A stretch of 64,000 nt of DNA from an uncultured Veillonellaceae bacterium (GCA_963805085.1 CAWDTA010000005.1:352001-416000), one strand, 5' to 3'. Shown: positions 1-11,885, counted from the stretch's first letter. Notes: a model not told the origin generated them from the sequence alone. A program made the numbers and translations.

Positions 1-22
1 CATGAAATGAAAGTATTAGACA

Positions 23-1723
23 TCAAATTTTAAATTTAGTAGTAATTTCATTAAGCTCCGTAGCCATTTTTGCTAAAGATTCAGAGCTTGAGTTCACTTC
101 ATGGAGACTGGCACTTTGTTCTTCGGCAGAGGCAGCTACTGTTTGGGCGCTTGCGCCGGTTTCTTCTGCTACGGTGTTGATGTTGTGAACGTTATTGATA
201 ACAGACTGCATACCATGAGCGGTTTCTTCTACAGCTTTACTAATCTGCTCTATTCCTGATTTCACTTCGGATAACTTGCTTATAATTGTCTGGAAGCCTT
301 GTTGTGTTTCGTCAGTGGCTGTTTTACCTGACACTACTTCCTTATTGGCTGTGGTTACAACGTCCACAGCGAACTGGATATCCGTCGTCATTTTACCGAT
401 GATTTCTTCAATCGTATTGGTAGCTAATGCACTTTGTTCAGCTAGTTTACGAACTTCTTCTGCTACCACAGCAAAGCCTCGTCCAGCTTCTCCGGCTCTA
501 GCTGCTTCAATAGCAGCATTCAAAGCCAAAAGGTTTGTTTGCCCAGCGATTGTACGAATGGTTGTGACAATTTGTTGAATGTCACCGGATCCTTTTACTA
601 GAGATTCAGAAACGTGGGTGATGTCTGACATTGATTTTTCAATGGTCTGATTTTGTGTTACCAGTTTATAAATGAGCTGCATCCCTTGATCAGCCTCGTT
701 AGCTGTATCTTGAGTCAGGTTATTGACATGGGAAGCACTGGCACTTATTTCTTCCGCACTGGCACCAACTTGTTGAATGACAGCGGAAATTTCTGTTATA
801 TTATTTATATTCCGATCCGATCCAGCGGCAACCTCGGTAATGGTTTTAGCGACGTTTTCTGATACTTGTAATTGTTCTTCGACGGATGAAGATAATTCTT
901 CACTGGAAGCTGCTAATGAGTCAGCGTTACTTCTAAGCAAACTAACAATAGTTTTTAGCGCTTTTTTTGTTTTAATGAGTGCTTCGGCCATATCACCAAT
1001 TTCGTCGTTACGAGTAGCATTCACATCTTTGTGTGATAAATCTAGATCACTTAGTGCTAAAATACTATTTTGTAAATTTTTGATTCTGCTTGATAGATTG
1101 CGGCTGTACCAGATTAGAATTGCGATAATAGCAATAATGCCTAATACACTAGCGATAAGTACCTTTCTAAATAGAGAGTCTTCCTCTTCAGTAAGTTTGC
1201 TGATAGTCTTTTTTAATGCGGTGTCTTGTGTTTGCATGGATTTTTCAAATAATGCGTTGATGGAATCGGTTTTTTTGCGTAGTTCTGCTAGCTTGCTGGT
1301 ATATGTAGGATTATTGGCTTTTTTTTGCTCAATCACTTGTTTCATATCTTCACTGTAAGATTGCAGTGCTTTTTGTAAATCTTCGGCGGCTTTCTTATTA
1401 CCTGAGCCTGTTTTATCTTCTATTTTTACGGCTACATCAGTTATCGTGTTGTAACTGTTGTTAAAAAATGTTAAAGTATCGGCGGCGTATTTTTCATCAT
1501 TATATGCAATGTAACCACGTAATTCACTTAAAGCGCTATGGAAATCATCTTGTGCTCCTTGTAACGCAAGGGTTCGTTGTACTGCGCCAGAGAGTATTGT
1601 TTGATAAGCAGAGCTACTTTCTCTTATTTGATAAAGTAATATTCCTACCGTAATGGTCATTAGTGTGATGGCAATCCCCATCAGGATAGCTAATTGGGTG
1701 CCAATCGGCATACGTTTTTTCAT
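23..1723 (-). CDS. methyl-accepting chemotaxis protein
   Basis: Two TM segments, HAMP, MCP signature [37 protein letters not shown]; RBS GGAGGA. Confidence 0.95.
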   Translation of the reverse strand: MKKRMPIGTQLAILMGIAITLMTITVGILLYQIRESSSAYQTILSGAVQRTLALQGAQDDFHSALSELRGYIAYNDEKYAADTLTFFNNSYNTITDVAVKIEDKTGSGNKKAAEDLQKALQSYSEDMKQVIEQKKANNPTYTSKLAELRKKTDSINALFEKSMQTQDTALKKTISKLTEEEDSLFRKVLIASVLGIIAIIAILIWYSRNLSSRIKNLQNSILALSDLDLSHKDVNATRNDEIGDMAEALIKTKKALKTIVSLLRSNADSLAASSEELSSSVEEQLQVSENVAKTITEVAAGSDRNINNITEISAVIQQVGASAEEISASASHVNNLTQDTANEADQGMQLIYKLVTQNQTIEKSMSDITHVSESLVKGSGDIQQIVTTIRTIAGQTNLLALNAAIEAARAGEAGRGFAVVAEEVRKLAEQSALATNTIEEIIGKMTTDIQFAVDVVTTANKEVVSGKTATDETQQGFQTIISKLSEVKSGIEQISKAVEETAHGMQSVINNVHNINTVAEETGASAQTVAASAEEQSASLHEVNSSSESLAKMATELNEITTKFKI

Positions 1724-1895
1724 TCTTTCTTCCTCCTAATATATTTGTAATGATAAATGGTTAGTCCTTTGTTTTTTTTCATGATAGATTGTTGGTCAAG
1801 CGTTCGTTGTAACGGATAAAAGTCAATTGGTTTTTGTGAGAAAGTTTGCCTTGCATAAGCGAATGTTCGGTTGGCTGTTCATAAGACGATGATAA

Positions 1896-2003
1896 AATAA
1901 AAAATGCCAGGTTGCAATTTTAATGCAACCTGGCAATCGTAGATTTTAATCATCCTTAGATCCATAGCTTTGCGTCCCTTCTTTTCAGAAGGTTTGCCTT
2001 AGG
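1896..2003 (-). ncRNA. c-di-GMP-I (GEMM) riboswitch with overlapping intrinsic terminator
   Basis: Minus strand reads GGCAAACCTTCTGAAAAGAAGGGACGCAAAGCTATGGATCTAAGG...GATTGCCAGGTTGCA, then hairpin TGCCAGGTTGCA/TGCAACCTGGCA + T run, upstream of the MCP. Confidence 0.9.
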
Positions 2004-2343
2004 TATTCCTTTGTCTAATTACGTAATTCGACAAATTTTTTAAAAAATCCTGCATAGTTTTATTTCTGGAGGATTAATATTGATTTAGTATAAAAGCAGA
2101 GCAAAAGTATATAAAGTATTGGGTGATTTGTAATTTTTATCTTTTTATTCCTAATTGTTATATTCTACTTTGCATAAAATAAAAAAATGTTTATTATTTT
2201 ATGGGAGTAATCATGGTAAAATATATTGACAATACGCAATGAGTGTTTTACTCTGTTCATTATGCAATTCATTTATTTTAGGAAATAAATAGAATCATTA
2301 TTTAAGATAGCCGTTAGTTTTACAAAGGATAGGAGGGATTATT

Positions 2344-2748
2344 ATGGGACAAGTAAGGGTAAAAGTGAATTTTTTTGATACGGATGCTATGGCAGTCGTA
2401 CATCATGCCAATTATTTTCGCTGGTTTGAAATTGGTAGAGTAGAATTCTTGCGTGAAGCAGGGATTACATTAAATGAACTTATGGCGGATCATATCGTAT
2501 TCCCAATTACGGACGTCAGTTGTAAATATCGCGCATCCGCACGGTTTGATGATGTTGTGATTATTGAAACGATTGCGAAAGTGCTTACACCAGTCAAGCT
2601 GGTTTTTGATTACAAGGTCATACGTGAAGCGGATGGCGAACTTTTAGCAGAAGGTCATAGCCAAGGGGTATTTACTAGTATGGAAACAGGGAAGCTTATC
2701 AAGTTACCTAAAGAATATTTTGATAAATTAAAAGCAATTCAGCAATAA
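2344..2748 (+). CDS. acyl-CoA thioesterase (YbgC/4HBT family)
   Basis: DTDAMAVVHHANYFRWFEIGR hotdog-fold motif. Confidence 0.9.
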   Translation: MGQVRVKVNFFDTDAMAVVHHANYFRWFEIGRVEFLREAGITLNELMADHIVFPITDVSCKYRASARFDDVVIIETIAKVLTPVKLVFDYKVIREADGELLAEGHSQGVFTSMETGKLIKLPKEYFDKLKAIQQ

Positions 2749-2830
2749 AAAGCTGGATACTTATAAATATGCGAGTATAATAGATAATTGGTGAATAAAC
2801 AGAGTTAATAGTTTTTGAGGGGGTGGTGCA

Positions 2831-3640
2831 GTGAACGCGAGTGCACCAATCGGGATTTTTGATTCGGGAATCGGTGGTCTTACTGTGGTTAGAGAAGTGA
2901 GACGTCTGTTACCGAATGAAAATATTATTTATGTGGGGGATACAGCACGTGTTCCATATGGATCGCGTGATCCAGTTGAAATTTTAAAATTTATGCATCA
3001 GATATTACATTTTTTTGCAAAGCAAAAAGTGAAAATGGCAGTGTTTGCCTGTAATACGATGACGACATATGGCTTTCACGAGGCAAAAGAAAACTATCCC
3101 TATTTAGTTACGGCGATGAACAGTGGTGTTCCTGAAGCAATTAAAGGAAGTCATAATAAAAAAATTGGTGTTATTGCTACAAAAGGAACTGTTAACAATC
3201 AAATGCATAGTAAGGCCGCAGCGCAATTTGATCAAATGGTCAAAGTGTATGCAAAGGCTTGTCCAGATTTTGTGCCGTTGATCGAGAGTGGGAGAATTGC
3301 CGGGCGTGAAATGGAGCTTCTAGCCAAGAAATACTTGATGTTTTTTAGCGAAATTGATATTGATTCTCTAATTTTAGGATGTACCCATTATCCTTTGATT
3401 GATCGGGTGATTCAAAATGTTATTGGCAGTCACGTGAAACTTATCAATCCAGCGAGTGCAACGGCAAATGATGCAATTGCTTCATTAAAGAGAGTTAGTC
3501 AATTGAACATAAACCAGCATGCTGGTTCCTTAAAAATGTGCTTTTCAGCGAATCTTGATCAAGCACGCAAGATGACCAATTTGGTCTTGAGTACAAATAA
3601 GGCGGAGTTTAAACTAATAAATTTAGAAGATTATTGCTAA
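2831..3640 (+). CDS. murI: glutamate racemase
   Basis: PIGIFDSGIGGLTV, PYG, ACNT, LILGCTHYP motifs. Confidence 0.95.
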   Translation: MNASAPIGIFDSGIGGLTVVREVRRLLPNENIIYVGDTARVPYGSRDPVEILKFMHQILHFFAKQKVKMAVFACNTMTTYGFHEAKENYPYLVTAMNSGVPEAIKGSHNKKIGVIATKGTVNNQMHSKAAAQFDQMVKVYAKACPDFVPLIESGRIAGREMELLAKKYLMFFSEIDIDSLILGCTHYPLIDRVIQNVIGSHVKLINPASATANDAIASLKRVSQLNINQHAGSLKMCFSANLDQARKMTNLVLSTNKAEFKLINLEDYC

Positions 3641-3717
3641 TTTATAGTAGTTTATTCGTTTTTTTGATATAATAATAACAATTGTCAAATTTACTGAAAT
3701 AAATTTGAGCTTATGTA

Positions 3718-4275
3718 ATGATTAATGGAGGCGTAGTCGTGGGAATTTTATACGGCCTTATAGGCTTGGTTATACTTATTATTATTGTTTGCTGGGCATA
3801 TATTGTAAATAAAGGAAATGCTCATTTTGAATTGAAAGTAGCGGAGAGAACGCCGTTTGAATTAGTAGAGATCAAAGAGGATAGTATTACGCTAAATTGC
3901 CAAGTTGCTATGGTGAATAAGGGAGAGCAATTAGGAACGATTATGGATTGTTATACACGCCATCTTCTACCATATGAGCAATTTGATGGTGTACAAGTGT
4001 TTTCGAAAGTAGAGCTGGAAACAGCACGGCGTGAGGATGATTATTTCGAAGCATTAATTATTGAAAGAAACCGAAGAGTTAACTTAGTCGTGACCGTTAA
4101 GTTAACTGCACGGAAAAATAGTGATATTAAGTCTATGCTTGCCCAGATGGTCGATATGCCGATTGATATTGTTTATCAACAAGTGACACGTGCTGATTGG
4201 CATATAGAAAAAGCGCGTATAGAAATGAAAGCTAGTGAAGTTGCTAGTGTTGCAAATGTAACTTTGGCTGATTAA
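3718..4275 (+). CDS. hypothetical membrane-anchored protein (likely start GTG near 3739)
   Basis: Long ORF, N-terminal hydrophobic helix, GGAGG RBS upstream of the GTG. Confidence 0.7.
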   Translation: MINGGVVVGILYGLIGLVILIIIVCWAYIVNKGNAHFELKVAERTPFELVEIKEDSITLNCQVAMVNKGEQLGTIMDCYTRHLLPYEQFDGVQVFSKVELETARREDDYFEALIIERNRRVNLVVTVKLTARKNSDIKSMLAQMVDMPIDIVYQQVTRADWHIEKARIEMKASEVASVANVTLAD

Positions 4276-4288
4276 GGGAGAGAATAAA

Positions 4289-4945
4289 ATGGCTGAAATT
4301 GAAATCATACCAGTGCCAACCCGTATTTTAACGGATAAAGATGACATTGTAGATATAATGGAAAAGTATGCAAAAGATAAAATTGGTCCAAACGACGTAA
4401 TCTCCGTCGCTGAGAGTGTCGTAGCAATTACGCAAGGACAAATCGTTAGACCAGAGGATTTAGAACTTTGTTTTTTAGCGCGTGTTTTATGTCGGTTTAT
4501 TCCTGAGGCCGGAAGCTTGGCTAGCCCTTATGGTATGCAAGCGTTAATGAATGTGGAAGGAAAATGGCGTGTGTTTTTTGCATTTATTGTTGGTATGATT
4601 GCCAAAGTATTTGGCAAAAGTGGCGTGTTTTATAAATTGGGCGGAGAGCAAACAGCATTGATTGATGATGTCACTGGTACGATGCCCCCATTTGATAAAC
4701 ATATTGTTTATGGTCCAGATAAACCGTTTGAGGTTGTCAAGCAGTTAAAAGAACGTTTGGATTGCTTTGGCGCAGTGATTGCCGATGTTAATGATTTAAA
4801 GCGGTCTCGTATCGTTGGTGTTACCGAAGGTACAGATGGCGAAAAAGTCGCTCATTTATTAATTGATAATCCATTTGGTAACGCTTCGCAAAAAACACCA
4901 ATCGTTATCATTAAAAATTTTTCGGAGTATCAAGCGAAATCATAA
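4289..4945 (+). CDS. CofE-like (coenzyme F420-0:gamma-glutamyl ligase family) protein
   Basis: [23 protein letters not shown] and NPFGN...QKTPIVII resemble the CofE-like family. Confidence 0.7.
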   Translation: MAEIEIIPVPTRILTDKDDIVDIMEKYAKDKIGPNDVISVAESVVAITQGQIVRPEDLELCFLARVLCRFIPEAGSLASPYGMQALMNVEGKWRVFFAFIVGMIAKVFGKSGVFYKLGGEQTALIDDVTGTMPPFDKHIVYGPDKPFEVVKQLKERLDCFGAVIADVNDLKRSRIVGVTEGTDGEKVAHLLIDNPFGNASQKTPIVIIKNFSEYQAKS

Positions 4946-5103
4946 GGCTAAAGCAGATAAAAAGAGGATAGACTATATGCTATCCTCTTTCATTATTGCA
5001 ATGCGCCATGAATAGAGTCATTATTTATCGCTTTTTCATATTGCTACTTTGCCAAAGTAGTTATAAAATAATAAGAAGTACAAGTATATTTTAGGAGGCC
5101 GTT

Positions 5104-5853
5104 ATGGTTAGAAGAGATGGACGGAACAGTGTTGATCAAATGCGGAAGGTGAAAATCACAAGGCACTATTTGAAGCATCCCGCAGGATCAGTTTTAATAG
5201 AATTTGGCAATACAAAAGTAATTTGTGCGGCAACGATTGAAGAAAGAGTACCAGGGTTTTTAAAGGGAAGTGGAGAAGGGTGGATCACAGCAGAATATTC
5301 ACTACTACCTAGTTCTACCCAAACACGTAATCCACGCGAATCAATGCGTGGCAGGGTAACAGGACGTACGCATGAGATTCAACGATTGATTGGACGATCT
5401 CTTCGTAGTGTAATTGATTTAAAAGCACTTGGTGAAAAAACGATTATGATTGATTGCGACGTTATCCAAGCAGATGGTGGAACACGGACAGCGTCGATTA
5501 CTGGGGCATTTATTGCTTTGGTAGAGGCGCTAGATACCATTTATAATCCTGAAAGAGCATTTCCAATCAAAGATTTTCTAGCGGCCGTTAGTGTAGGAAT
5601 CTTGGAAGATGGTACACCAGTCGTGGATTTATGTTATGAAGAAGATTCTAAAGCAGTTGTAGATATGAATGTGGTCATGACTGGCAATGGAAAATTTGTT
5701 GAAGTACAAGGAACTGGAGAAGAAAGGCCATTTAGTAGAGAAGAGCTAGATGTTTTACTTGAAAAAGCAAGTAATGGTATTTCTGAATTGATTGATTATC
5801 AAAAAGATGTTTTGGGTAATCAATTGGTCTGGAAAGTAGGCCGCGAACCATGA
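5104..5853 (+). CDS. rph: ribonuclease PH
   Basis: [38 protein letters not shown]. Confidence 0.97.
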   Translation: MVRRDGRNSVDQMRKVKITRHYLKHPAGSVLIEFGNTKVICAATIEERVPGFLKGSGEGWITAEYSLLPSSTQTRNPRESMRGRVTGRTHEIQRLIGRSLRSVIDLKALGEKTIMIDCDVIQADGGTRTASITGAFIALVEALDTIYNPERAFPIKDFLAAVSVGILEDGTPVVDLCYEEDSKAVVDMNVVMTGNGKFVEVQGTGEERPFSREELDVLLEKASNGISELIDYQKDVLGNQLVWKVGREP

Positions 5854-6446
5854 AAGAACTTGTTATTGCAAGTAAAAATAAAGGTAAAATAAAAGAAATC
5901 CAAGCGGCTTTTAAAAATATCGGGGTAAAAGTTATTTCACTTTCTGAATTTCTAGAAATTCCTGATGCAGTCGAAGATGGCAAAACCTTTGAAGAAAATG
6001 CTCTTATTAAAGCGCATTTTTATTCTAACTTAACGGGAAAAGCTTGTTTAGCCGATGACTCAGGACTAGAAGTGGATGCGCTGAATGGTGAGCCTGGGGT
6101 GTATTCTGCTCGCTATGCAGGTGAAGAAGCAACGGATGCTGATAATAATTCCAAATTAATCAAAGAACTTCAGAAAGTCAAGGTAATCGGTAGTAAAGCT
6201 CGTTTTCGGTGTGTGTTGGCTTTTGTGGATATGAATGGAGAAAATATCCTTTGTAATGGAAGTTGTGAAGGAATCATTTTAGAAAAAGAACGTGGTAATG
6301 GTGGCTTTGGCTATGATCCATTGTTTTACATAGAAGAGTTAAAAAAATCAATGGCAGAAATTACAGTCGAGGAAAAAAATCAAATTAGCCATCGAGGTGC
6401 TGCTTTAAGAGTGATGGCAGAAAAATTGGCGGAATATTTAAAATGA
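5850..6446 (+). CDS. rdgB: XTP/dITP diphosphatase (Ham1/RdgB)
   Basis: [32 protein letters not shown]; coupled to rph. Confidence 0.95.
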   Translation: MKELVIASKNKGKIKEIQAAFKNIGVKVISLSEFLEIPDAVEDGKTFEENALIKAHFYSNLTGKACLADDSGLEVDALNGEPGVYSARYAGEEATDADNNSKLIKELQKVKVIGSKARFRCVLAFVDMNGENILCNGSCEGIILEKERGNGGFGYDPLFYIEELKKSMAEITVEEKNQISHRGAALRVMAEKLAEYLK

Positions 6447-6919
6447 TAATAGGCGTAATGAGTGATAGTCATGGAGATGGGGTAGCAATTAAAAAAGCAG
6501 TAGATGTAATCGGTGAAGTTGATTTCTGGCTACACGCAGGTGATTTTTGCACGGATGCTGCTATATTAGCAGAGTATACTGGCAAAAAAGTTTATGCTGT
6601 TGCAGGTAATTGTGATGGATTGGCTACAAAAAATAAGGTGGACGAATTCCTTACTGTGGAAGGAAAGAAAATCTGGCTTACACATGGGCATCAGTCCAGT
6701 GTCAAATGTGGTACGGATGATTTGATTTGGAATGCCAAGCAGTATGGGGTTGATATTGTTATCTATGGTCATACACACATCAGTGAAATATCTCGTTATG
6801 AAGATTTATGCGTTATCAATCCTGGCAGTGTCGCAAGACCTTATCACGTTACAGCACCAACTTGTTTGAGACTTACTATTAATAAGCAAGAAATATTCAC
6901 GAATTTAATAGAATTATGA
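6443..6919 (+). CDS. metallophosphoesterase (YfcE/YsnB family)
   Basis: SDSHG, HAGD, GNCD, THGH, GHTH, NPGS motifs. Confidence 0.9.
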   Translation: MIIGVMSDSHGDGVAIKKAVDVIGEVDFWLHAGDFCTDAAILAEYTGKKVYAVAGNCDGLATKNKVDEFLTVEGKKIWLTHGHQSSVKCGTDDLIWNAKQYGVDIVIYGHTHISEISRYEDLCVINPGSVARPYHVTAPTCLRLTINKQEIFTNLIEL

Positions 6920-7221
6920 TATAAATTTAAAAATATTTAAAAAATATCTGCAATATAGCAGGAAAGTTCATTATAGCTAGCAAATACTTATTAATAATAC
7001 TAATTATAAAAAGAAAAATGATAAATAGTTATCATACAATAATTAAGAGTTATTGTGATTGTATATTTGAATACTTCTCATAGAATCATTCATTGAAATC
7101 GCATTTTAGCTCCTTCTCAAGGAATCTCATCTGGGCTGAGAATTTTGTTGAAAAGGCGTATTAAATGTGCTATTATGATGCCTATGAGTGTGTTATATAT
7201 TATATTTTGGGAGGGTTTACA

Positions 7222-8064
7222 TTGCGTACAATTCAAGTAAAAAAAGTTACTGAAGCCATCACTCAGATGTGTAAAGATGCTGCTTACTATTTGCCAGAAG
7301 ATGTTTATGAGGCTTTAAAAAAAGGTAGAGAGACTGAGGAATCTCCAGTAGGTAGAGATGTTCTTGATCAAATTATCAAAAATGCAGAAATTGCAAAAGC
7401 CGAAGATAGACCAATCTGTCAAGATACTGGTATGGCAGTTATTTTTATGGAAATTGGACAAGATGTTCATTTTGAAGGCGGTAATTTAGTTGATGCTGTT
7501 AACGCTGGTGTTGCTGCAGGATATACAGAAGGTTATCTTCGTAAATCTGTAGTTGGTGAACCGTTATTCAATCGTAAAAATACGACAAACAATACTCCTG
7601 CAATATTACATACAAGTATTGTAGATGGTGACAAAGTGAAAATTACCATTGCACCTAAAGGGTTTGGTAGTGAAAATAAATCAGGTGTTAAAATGCTAGT
7701 ACCAGCTGATGGTGTTGAAGGCGTGAAAGCGGCTGTTCTTGACATCATTCAACATGCTGGCCCTAATCCATGCCCTCCAATGGTAGTAGGTGTAGGTATT
7801 GGTGGCACGATGGAAAAATCTGCGCTTTTATCTAAAAAAGCTTTAGCACGTCCTATCAGTGTGCGCAACGAGCATCCTGAATATCAAAAATTAGAAGCTG
7901 AATTGCTTGAATTAATCAACAAAACTGGTATTGGTCCACAACTTGGCGGTACTACTACAGCTCTTGCTGTTAATGTTGAGTGGTTTGCAACTCATATTGC
8001 TGGTTTACCGGTATCTGTAAATATTTGCTGTCATGCAATGCGTCATGCAGAAGTTATCTTATAG
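7222..8064 (+). CDS. class I fumarate hydratase alpha subunit
   Basis: PICQDTG, KGFGSEN, PCPP, CHAMRH; TTG start at 7222 after GGGAGG. Confidence 0.9.
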   Translation: MRTIQVKKVTEAITQMCKDAAYYLPEDVYEALKKGRETEESPVGRDVLDQIIKNAEIAKAEDRPICQDTGMAVIFMEIGQDVHFEGGNLVDAVNAGVAAGYTEGYLRKSVVGEPLFNRKNTTNNTPAILHTSIVDGDKVKITIAPKGFGSENKSGVKMLVPADGVEGVKAAVLDIIQHAGPNPCPPMVVGVGIGGTMEKSALLSKKALARPISVRNEHPEYQKLEAELLELINKTGIGPQLGGTTTALAVNVEWFATHIAGLPVSVNICCHAMRHAEVIL

Positions 8065-8079
8065 GAGGGGAATGTAAAA

Positions 8080-8637
8080 ATGGCTGAAAAAATTCGTATT
8101 ACAACACCTTTAACGGAAGAAGTATCCCGTACTTTAAAAGCTGGTGACAGCGTACTAATTACTGGAACTATCATTAGCGCACGTGATGCAGCTCATAAAG
8201 TAATGACAGAAGCATTAGCACGTGGCGAAAAATTGCCAGTTGATTGGCAAAATCAAATCGTTTATTATCTTGGACCAACACCGGCAAAACCTGGTGATCC
8301 AATTGGTTCAGCTGGTCCTACGACTTCTGGTCGTATGGATGCATATACACCTACCATGCTTGCACAAGGCATCAAAGGTATGGTTGGTAAAGGCTATCGT
8401 AGTAAAGAAGTACTTGACGCAATGAAAGAACATGGTACTACTTATTTCGCAGCAGTAGGTGGCGCAGCTGCCTTAATTGCAAAATCAGTTAAAAAATATG
8501 AAGTATTGGCATATCCTGAACTTGGTCCTGAAGCAGTTGCTGCTTTGACGGTTGAAGATTTCCCAGCTATCGTAGTTATTGACTGTGAAGGTAATAACTT
8601 CTACGAACAGGGGCAAGCACCTTATCGTAAGTTATAA
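8080..8637 (+). CDS. class I fumarate hydratase beta subunit
   Basis: ARDAAH, GSAGPTTSGRMD, MVGKG motifs. Confidence 0.9.
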   Translation: MAEKIRITTPLTEEVSRTLKAGDSVLITGTIISARDAAHKVMTEALARGEKLPVDWQNQIVYYLGPTPAKPGDPIGSAGPTTSGRMDAYTPTMLAQGIKGMVGKGYRSKEVLDAMKEHGTTYFAAVGGAAALIAKSVKKYEVLAYPELGPEAVAALTVEDFPAIVVIDCEGNNFYEQGQAPYRKL

Positions 8638-8684
8638 TATTTTCCCCCATTGAGGGGAATTACAAAAATATAGGAGGTTTAAGC

Positions 8685-9302
8685 ATGAGTCACACAACTT
8701 TTTATGTTCGTCGTCTACATTCTTTATCTGGCATCGTGCCAGTCGGTTTCTTCTTGTTGGAGCACATTTTCACAATCTCATCAGTAATGGGGGGAGCAAG
8801 TAATTTTGATAGTTCGGTAGCAAAAATAGCTCTTATTCCTCATGATATCATGATTTTTATGGAAATTTTCTTCATTGGAATTCCATTTTTATTCCATGGT
8901 ATTTACGGTGCAATCATTGCTATGCAAGCAAAAAACAACCCACAACAATACGGTTATGCGCGTAACTGGCAATTCTATTTCCAAAGAATGACTGCTTGGT
9001 ACACAATCGTATTCTTACTATGGCATGTTGGTTACTTACGCTTTATGATGAAAGGTTCCGGAGTGGAAATTAATTATGCTCTTATGAATAATTATTTTAG
9101 CAATCCAATCGTATTCGTATTATATGCTGTTGGTATGGTTGCGGCAATCTATCATTTTACGAATGGATTATTCACTTTCACTATGACTTGGGGGATTGCT
9201 AAAGGTCCTCGTGCACAAGCTGTATTCAACAAGGCTACGTTGGCGTTATGTGCAGTATTGTCTGTTATTGCTTTAGTTTCATTAACGCGCTTCATTGCGT
9301 AA
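8685..9302 (+). CDS. sdhC: succinate dehydrogenase/fumarate reductase cytochrome b subunit
   Basis: RRLHSLSGIVP, conserved His heme ligands, TM helices, operon position. Confidence 0.9.
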   Translation: MSHTTFYVRRLHSLSGIVPVGFFLLEHIFTISSVMGGASNFDSSVAKIALIPHDIMIFMEIFFIGIPFLFHGIYGAIIAMQAKNNPQQYGYARNWQFYFQRMTAWYTIVFLLWHVGYLRFMMKGSGVEINYALMNNYFSNPIVFVLYAVGMVAAIYHFTNGLFTFTMTWGIAKGPRAQAVFNKATLALCAVLSVIALVSLTRFIA

Positions 9303-9362
9303 TCAAAACTGTGGTCTAGTAGACGTACTACTAGATAATCTTAGATTAAGGAGAGAACCTGC

Positions 9363-11117
9363 GTGAAAAAGAAAATTATAATTGTAGGTGGCGGCTTATC
9401 CGGTTTAATGGCTACAATGAAGGTTTGCGAAGCTGGTGGCGAAGTAGAATTGTTCTCTTATTGCCCGGTAAAACGTTCGCATTCCCTTTGTGCACAAGGC
9501 GGGATTAACGCTTGCATGAATACAAAAGGGCAAAACGATAGTATTTGGGAACATTATGATGATACTGTATATGGTGGGGATTTCTTAGGAGATCAAGCTG
9601 CGATCAAAGGTATGATTGATACTGCTCCAAAATTAATTAAAATGTTCGATCGTATGGGTGTTCCTTTCACTCGTACAGCTGAAGGTGTACTTGACCTTCG
9701 TAACTTTGGTGGTCAAAAGAATAAACGTACTTGCTTTGCTGGTGCTACTACTGGTCAACAATTACTTTATGCTTTAGATGAACAAGTTCGTATGTGGGAA
9801 ACAAAAGGCTTAGTGAAAAAATATGAATTCTGGGAATTCATTAGAATTGTTAAGAATAAAGAAGGCGTATGCCGTGGTATCGTAGCACAGAGCATGAATT
9901 CTATGGATATCGAAGTATTTGTTGGCGATGCTGTTATCTTAGCAACAGGTGGCCCTGGTATGGTATTCGGTAAGAGTACTAACTCCACAATTTGTAATGG
10001 TTCTGCTGTATCTGCTGTTTACCAACAAGGTGCTCACCTTGGTAATAGTGAATTCGTACAAATTCATCCAACAGCTATTCCTGGCGAAGACAAGAATCGT
10101 CTTATGTCAGAAGCGGCTCGTGGTGAAGGCGGACGTGTATGGACTTATAAAGATGGTAAACCTTGGTATTTCTTAGAAGAAATGTACCCTGCATATGGTA
10201 ACCTTGTACCTCGTGATATCGCTGCTCGTGCAATTCATAAAGTATGCGTAGACATGGGACTTGGTATTGATGGTGGTAATAAAGTATATCTTGATCTTTC
10301 TCATATTGATACTGATTACTTGAACCGTAAACTTGCTGGTATTATGGAAATTTATGAAGAATTCGTTGGTGACGATCCTCGTAAAGTTCCAATGCAAATT
10401 TTCCCATCGGTTCATTATTCTATGGGTGGAATCTGGGTAGACATTAAACATAACACAAACATCCCTGGACTTTTAGCTTCCGGCGAATGTGATTACCAAT
10501 ATCATGGAGCTAACCGTTTAGGTGCGAACTCCTTACTTTCTGCTGCATATTCTGGAACAGTATCTGGCCCAGAATCTATGCGTTGGGCTAAAGAAGGCGA
10601 AAAAGGCACAGAATTAACACAAGATGAAATTGCTAAAGCTAAGCAAGAAGCAATCGATGAATTTGAAAAAATTCTTGCGATGAATGGCACTGAAAATGCA
10701 TATAAATTACACCATGAACTTGGTGAATTGATGATGAAATACGTTACAATTGTTCGTGTAAACAGCGAATTGGACGTTTGTTATGAAGAACTTCAAAAAC
10801 TTCTTAAACGTTGGGACGATATTGGCGTAGCTGATAAAGGTCACTGGGCTAATCAAGAAGCTATGTTTGTAAGACAACTTCGTAACATGCTTATTTATGC
10901 ACTTGTTGTATGTAGAGCAGCTCGTCTTCGTGACGAAAGCCGCGGTGCTCACTATAAAGCTGAGTTCCCTAACCGTGATGATGAAAACTTCCTCAAAACT
11001 ACAATTGCTGAATTTGATGAAGCTACTTGCTGTCCAAGAATCAGCTATATTGATTTTGATCATTCGATTATTAAACCGCGTCCTCGTAACTACGCTGTCG
11101 CTAAGGGAGGCAAATAA
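9363..11117 (+). CDS. sdhA: succinate dehydrogenase/fumarate reductase flavoprotein
   Basis: GGGLSG, RSHSLCAQGG FAD-attachment motif, HGANRLGANSL, ESRGAH. Confidence 0.96.
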   Translation: MKKKIIIVGGGLSGLMATMKVCEAGGEVELFSYCPVKRSHSLCAQGGINACMNTKGQNDSIWEHYDDTVYGGDFLGDQAAIKGMIDTAPKLIKMFDRMGVPFTRTAEGVLDLRNFGGQKNKRTCFAGATTGQQLLYALDEQVRMWETKGLVKKYEFWEFIRIVKNKEGVCRGIVAQSMNSMDIEVFVGDAVILATGGPGMVFGKSTNSTICNGSAVSAVYQQGAHLGNSEFVQIHPTAIPGEDKNRLMSEAARGEGGRVWTYKDGKPWYFLEEMYPAYGNLVPRDIAARAIHKVCVDMGLGIDGGNKVYLDLSHIDTDYLNRKLAGIMEIYEEFVGDDPRKVPMQIFPSVHYSMGGIWVDIKHNTNIPGLLASGECDYQYHGANRLGANSLLSAAYSGTVSGPESMRWAKEGEKGTELTQDEIAKAKQEAIDEFEKILAMNGTENAYKLHHELGELMMKYVTIVRVNSELDVCYEELQKLLKRWDDIGVADKGHWANQEAMFVRQLRNMLIYALVVCRAARLRDESRGAHYKAEFPNRDDENFLKTTIAEFDEATCCPRISYIDFDHSIIKPRPRNYAVAKGGK

Positions 11118-11119
11118 TA

Positions 11120-11872
11120 ATGGCAGAACAAAAAACAGTTCATATTATCGTTGAAAGACAAGCATCTCCAACAAGCGCGCCTTATACAGAAGAATTTGAA
11201 ATCTCATATCGCCCAGCACTTAATGTTGTTGCAGCATTGATGGAAATTCAAAAGAACCCTGTTACTAAAGATGGCAAAAAGACTACTCCTGTAACTTGGG
11301 AATGTAACTGCTTGGAAAAAGTATGTGGTGCATGTATGATGGTTATTAACGGTCAAGCTCGTCAAGCCTGCTGCGCGTTAATTGATCAGTTAGAACAACC
11401 AATTCGTTTAGCTCCAGCTCGTACTTTCCCTGTAATTCGTGACCTTCTAATCGACCGTTCCGTAATGTTTGAAAGCTTGAAGAGAATTCAAGGTTGGGTT
11501 CGTGTTGATGGAAGTTGGGAAGTTAAAGATGCTCCAAGCCAAAACCCTAATGTTGCGGCTACAGCATATGAAATTTCTCACTGCATGACTTGCGGTTGTT
11601 GTATGGAAGCTTGCCCTAACGTTGGAACTCAATCCGATTTCATCGGACCTGCTCCAACTGTACAAGCTCATCTATTCAACTTACATCCATTCGGCGCTTA
11701 TGACAAAGAAATTCGTCTTAATGCTTTAATGGAAAAAGGCGGCATCACTAGTTGTGGTAACAGCCAAAACTGTGTACAAGCTTGCCCTAAACACATTAAA
11801 CTTACAGAACATCTTGCACAACTGAACAGAGATGTTAATAAACAATCCATTAAAAACTTATTCAACAAATAA
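11120..11872 (+). CDS. sdhB: succinate dehydrogenase/fumarate reductase iron-sulfur subunit
   Basis: CLEKVCGAC, CMTCGCCMEACP, CGNSQNCVQACP. Confidence 0.96.
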   Translation: MAEQKTVHIIVERQASPTSAPYTEEFEISYRPALNVVAALMEIQKNPVTKDGKKTTPVTWECNCLEKVCGACMMVINGQARQACCALIDQLEQPIRLAPARTFPVIRDLLIDRSVMFESLKRIQGWVRVDGSWEVKDAPSQNPNVAATAYEISHCMTCGCCMEACPNVGTQSDFIGPAPTVQAHLFNLHPFGAYDKEIRLNALMEKGGITSCGNSQNCVQACPKHIKLTEHLAQLNRDVNKQSIKNLFNK

Positions 11873-11885
11873 GTTTGGGATTTTG

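Noticed and set aside
276-1653. Plus-strand ORFs opposite the MCP (and similar antisense ORFs throughout)
   Set aside because: Shadow frames of well-supported genes
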